DNA of 64,000 nucleotides from NCBI GenBank assembly GCA_051362555.1, contig CM120642.1, positions 12,090,001-12,154,000 of the forward strand, written 5' to 3'. A program made the translations under genes and the position numbers. Position 1 is the stretch's first letter. Each line of letters begins with the position of its first letter. This document shows, one piece after another, positions 61,201-64,000 of this stretch. This DNA comes from Lingula anatina. Its lineage: Eukaryota > Animalia > Brachiopoda. Under the pieces are notes generated by a model, which was not told the DNA's origin, ran no database searches, and saw only the letters and a list, made by a program, of their open reading frames with translations.

Positions 61201-64000
61201 CCGTCACCAAATTTTCCAAAAAGTGATGAAAATCAATCTACCACACCTGTCATTCATAAAAAATGTGGAAACGCGCCCGGATCACTTCATTAAAGCCCCC
61301 AATTTCAGCTTTAAAGATGGCCAAAAAGCACACCTGAGAACAGGATTTGGAGAGAGGGGGGGTGGAGAGAGTTTTTGCTCTATTTCTTCCTTAATAATGA
61401 CACAACCACTCTTCCAGCACTTTATTCTGACTACAAATGACCAAACACACCTACCAGACACTATAATGAAGAAAAAAATTTTTCAACCCTACCTGGCCAA
61501 AATTGAAGAAAACTGCCATATCCGGACCTTACGGAAATCACTCAAAATCACCCAAAAATGACCCGTCACCAAATTTTCCAAAAAGTGATGAAAATCAATC
61601 TACCACACCTGTCATTCATAAAAAATGTGGAAACGCGCCCGGATCACTTCATTAAAGCCCCCAATTTCAGCTTTAAAGATGGCCAAAAAGCACACCTGAG
61701 AACAGGATTTGGAGAGAGGGGGGGGTGGAGAGAGTTTTTGCTCTATTTCTTCCTTAATAATGACACAACCACTCTTCCAGCACTTTATTCTGACTACAAA
61801 TGACCAAACACACCTACCAGACACTATAATGAAGAAAAAAATTTTTCAACCCTACCTGGCCAAAATTGAAGAAAACTGCCATATCCGGACCTTACGAAAA
61901 TCACTCAAAATCACCCAAAAATGACCCGTCACCAAATTTTCCAAAAAGTGATGAAAATCAATCTACCACACCTGTCATTCATAAAAAATGTGGAAACGCG
62001 CCCGGATCACTTCATAAAAGCCCCCAATTTCAGCTTTAAAGATGGCCAAAAAGAACACCTGAGAACAGGATTTGGAGAGAGGGGGGTTGGAGAGAGTTTT
62101 TGCTCTATTTCTTCCTTAATAATGACACAACCACTCTTCCAGCACTTTATTCTGACTACAAATGACCAAACACACCTACCAGACACTATAATGAAGAAAA
62201 AAATTTTTCAACCCTACCTGGCCAAAATTGAAGAAAACTGCCATATCCGGACCTTACGAAAATCACTCAAAATCACCCAAAAATGACCCGTCACCAAATT
62301 TTCCAAAAAGTGATGAAAATCAATCTACCACACCTGTCATTCATAAAAAATGTGGAAACGCGCCCGGATCACTTCATTAAAGCCCCCAATTTCAGCTTTA
62401 AAGATGGCCAAAAAGCACACCTGAGAACAGGATTTGGAGAGAGGGGGGGTGGAGAGAGTTTTTGCTCTATTTCTTCCTTAATAATGACACAACCACTCTT
62501 CCAGCACTTTATTCTGACTACAAATGACCAAACACACCTACCAGACACTATAATGAAGAAAAAAATTTTTCAACCCTACCTGGCCAAAATTGAAGAAAAC
62601 TGCCATATCCGGACCTTACGAAAATCACTCAAAATCACCCAAAAATGACCCGTCACCAAATTTTCCAAAAAGTGATGAAAATCAATCTACCACACCTGTC
62701 ATTCATAAAAAATGTGGAAACGCGCCCGGATCACTTCATTAAAGCCCCCAATTTCAGCTTTAAAGATGGCCAAAAAGCACACCTGAGAACAGGATTTGGA
62801 GAGAGGGGGGGTGGAGAGAGTTTTTGCTCTATTTCTTCCTTAATAATGACACAACCACTCTTCCAGCACTTTATTCTGACTACAAATGACCAAACACACC
62901 TACCAGACACTATAATGAAGAAAAAAGCTTTTCAACCCTACCTGGCCAAAATTGAAGAAAACTGCCATATCCGGACCTTACGAAAATCACTCAAAATCAC
63001 CCAAAAATGACCCGTCACCAAATTTTCCAAAAAGTGATGAAAATCAATCTACCACACCTGTCATTCATAAAAAATGTGGAAACGCGCCCGGATCACTTCA
63101 TTAAAGCCCCCAATTTCAGCTTTAAAGATGGCCAAAAAGCACACCTGAGAACAGGATTTGGAGAGAGGGGGGGTGGAGAGAGTTTTTGCTCTATTTCTTC
63201 CTTAATAATGACACAACCACTCTTCCAGCACTTTATTCTGACTACAAATGACCAAACACACCTACCAGACACTATAATGAAGAAAAAAATTTTTCAACCC
63301 TACCTGGCCAAAATTGAAGAAAACTGCCATATCCGGACCTTACGGAAATCACTCAAAATCACCCAAAAATGACCCGTCACCAAATTTTCCAAAAAGTGAT
63401 GAAAATCAATCTACCACACCTGTCATTCATAAAAAATGTGGAAACGCGCCCGGATCACTTCATTAAAGCCCCCAATTTCAGCTTTAAAGATGGCCAAAAA
63501 GCACACCTGAGAACAGGATTTGGAGAGAGGGGGGGTGGAGAGAGTTTTTGCTCTATTTCTTCCTTAATAATGACACAACCACTCTTCCAGCACTTTATTC
63601 TGACTACAAATGACCAAACACACCTACCAGACACTATAATGAAGAAAAAAATTTTTCAACCCTACCTGGCCAAAATTGAAGAAAACTGCCATATCCGGAC
63701 CTTACGAAAATCACTCAAAATCACCCAAAAATGACCCGTCACCAAATTTTCCAAAAAGTGATGAAAATCAATCTACCACACCTGTCATTCATAAAAAATG
63801 TGGAAACGCGCCCGGATCACTTCATTAAAGCCCCCAATTTCAGCTTTAAAGATGGCCAAAAAGCACACCTGAGAACAGGATTTGGAGAGAGGGGGGGGTG
63901 GAGAGAGTTTTTGCTCTATTTCTTCCTTAATAATGACACAACCACTCTTCCAGCACTTTATTCTGACTACAAATGACCAAACACACCTACCAGACACTAT
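49222..64000. repeat. 362-bp tandem satellite array (~41 units), continuing past the window end
   Basis: Near-identical 361-363-bp units with phased A-tracts and a variable G-run; outermost units more diverged. Confidence 0.99.

Noticed and set aside
49222-64000. Tandem gene array (5S, snRNA, histone or protein-coding), telomere repeat, or 181-bp dimer substructure
   Set aside because: No recognisable RNA-gene or protein motifs, no TTAGGG arrays, and only weak CTACCA-centred internal similarity that is not at half-unit spacing.

Overview
AT-rich, intron-containing genomic DNA of an animal, probably a non-insect invertebrate. From left to right: (1) a minus-strand BEL/Pao LTR retrotransposon with its 5' LTR at 4003-4706, a 30-bp minisatellite leader, gag, protease and integrase. 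RT and RNase H are deleted in frame and one nonsense codon splits the integrase. (2) The last two coding exons of a plus-strand gene with a propeller-like region and a C-terminal SOCS box. (3) A complete minus-strand Clock (bHLH-PAS, CLOCK/NPAS2 family) gene. I reconstructed it by hand as 15 phase-consistent coding exons (2769 nt, 922 aa), with a ~22-kb first intron, an exon-19-like coiled coil and a Q36 tract. Its candidate promoter has a perfect RORE, a V/P (D) box and a CTCF-like motif. (4) Several MITE families (TTAA/Kolobok-like, CAGGCC with 5-bp TSD, Harbinger-like hairpins). (5) A decayed PIF/Harbinger element containing a nested, internally deleted Tc1 element. (6) A 362-bp satellite array of ~41 units that starts exactly at the Harbinger end and runs off the window. 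All calls come from reading the sequence; no database searches were run. I found no convincing new coding system. The most interesting signals are regulatory and structural.
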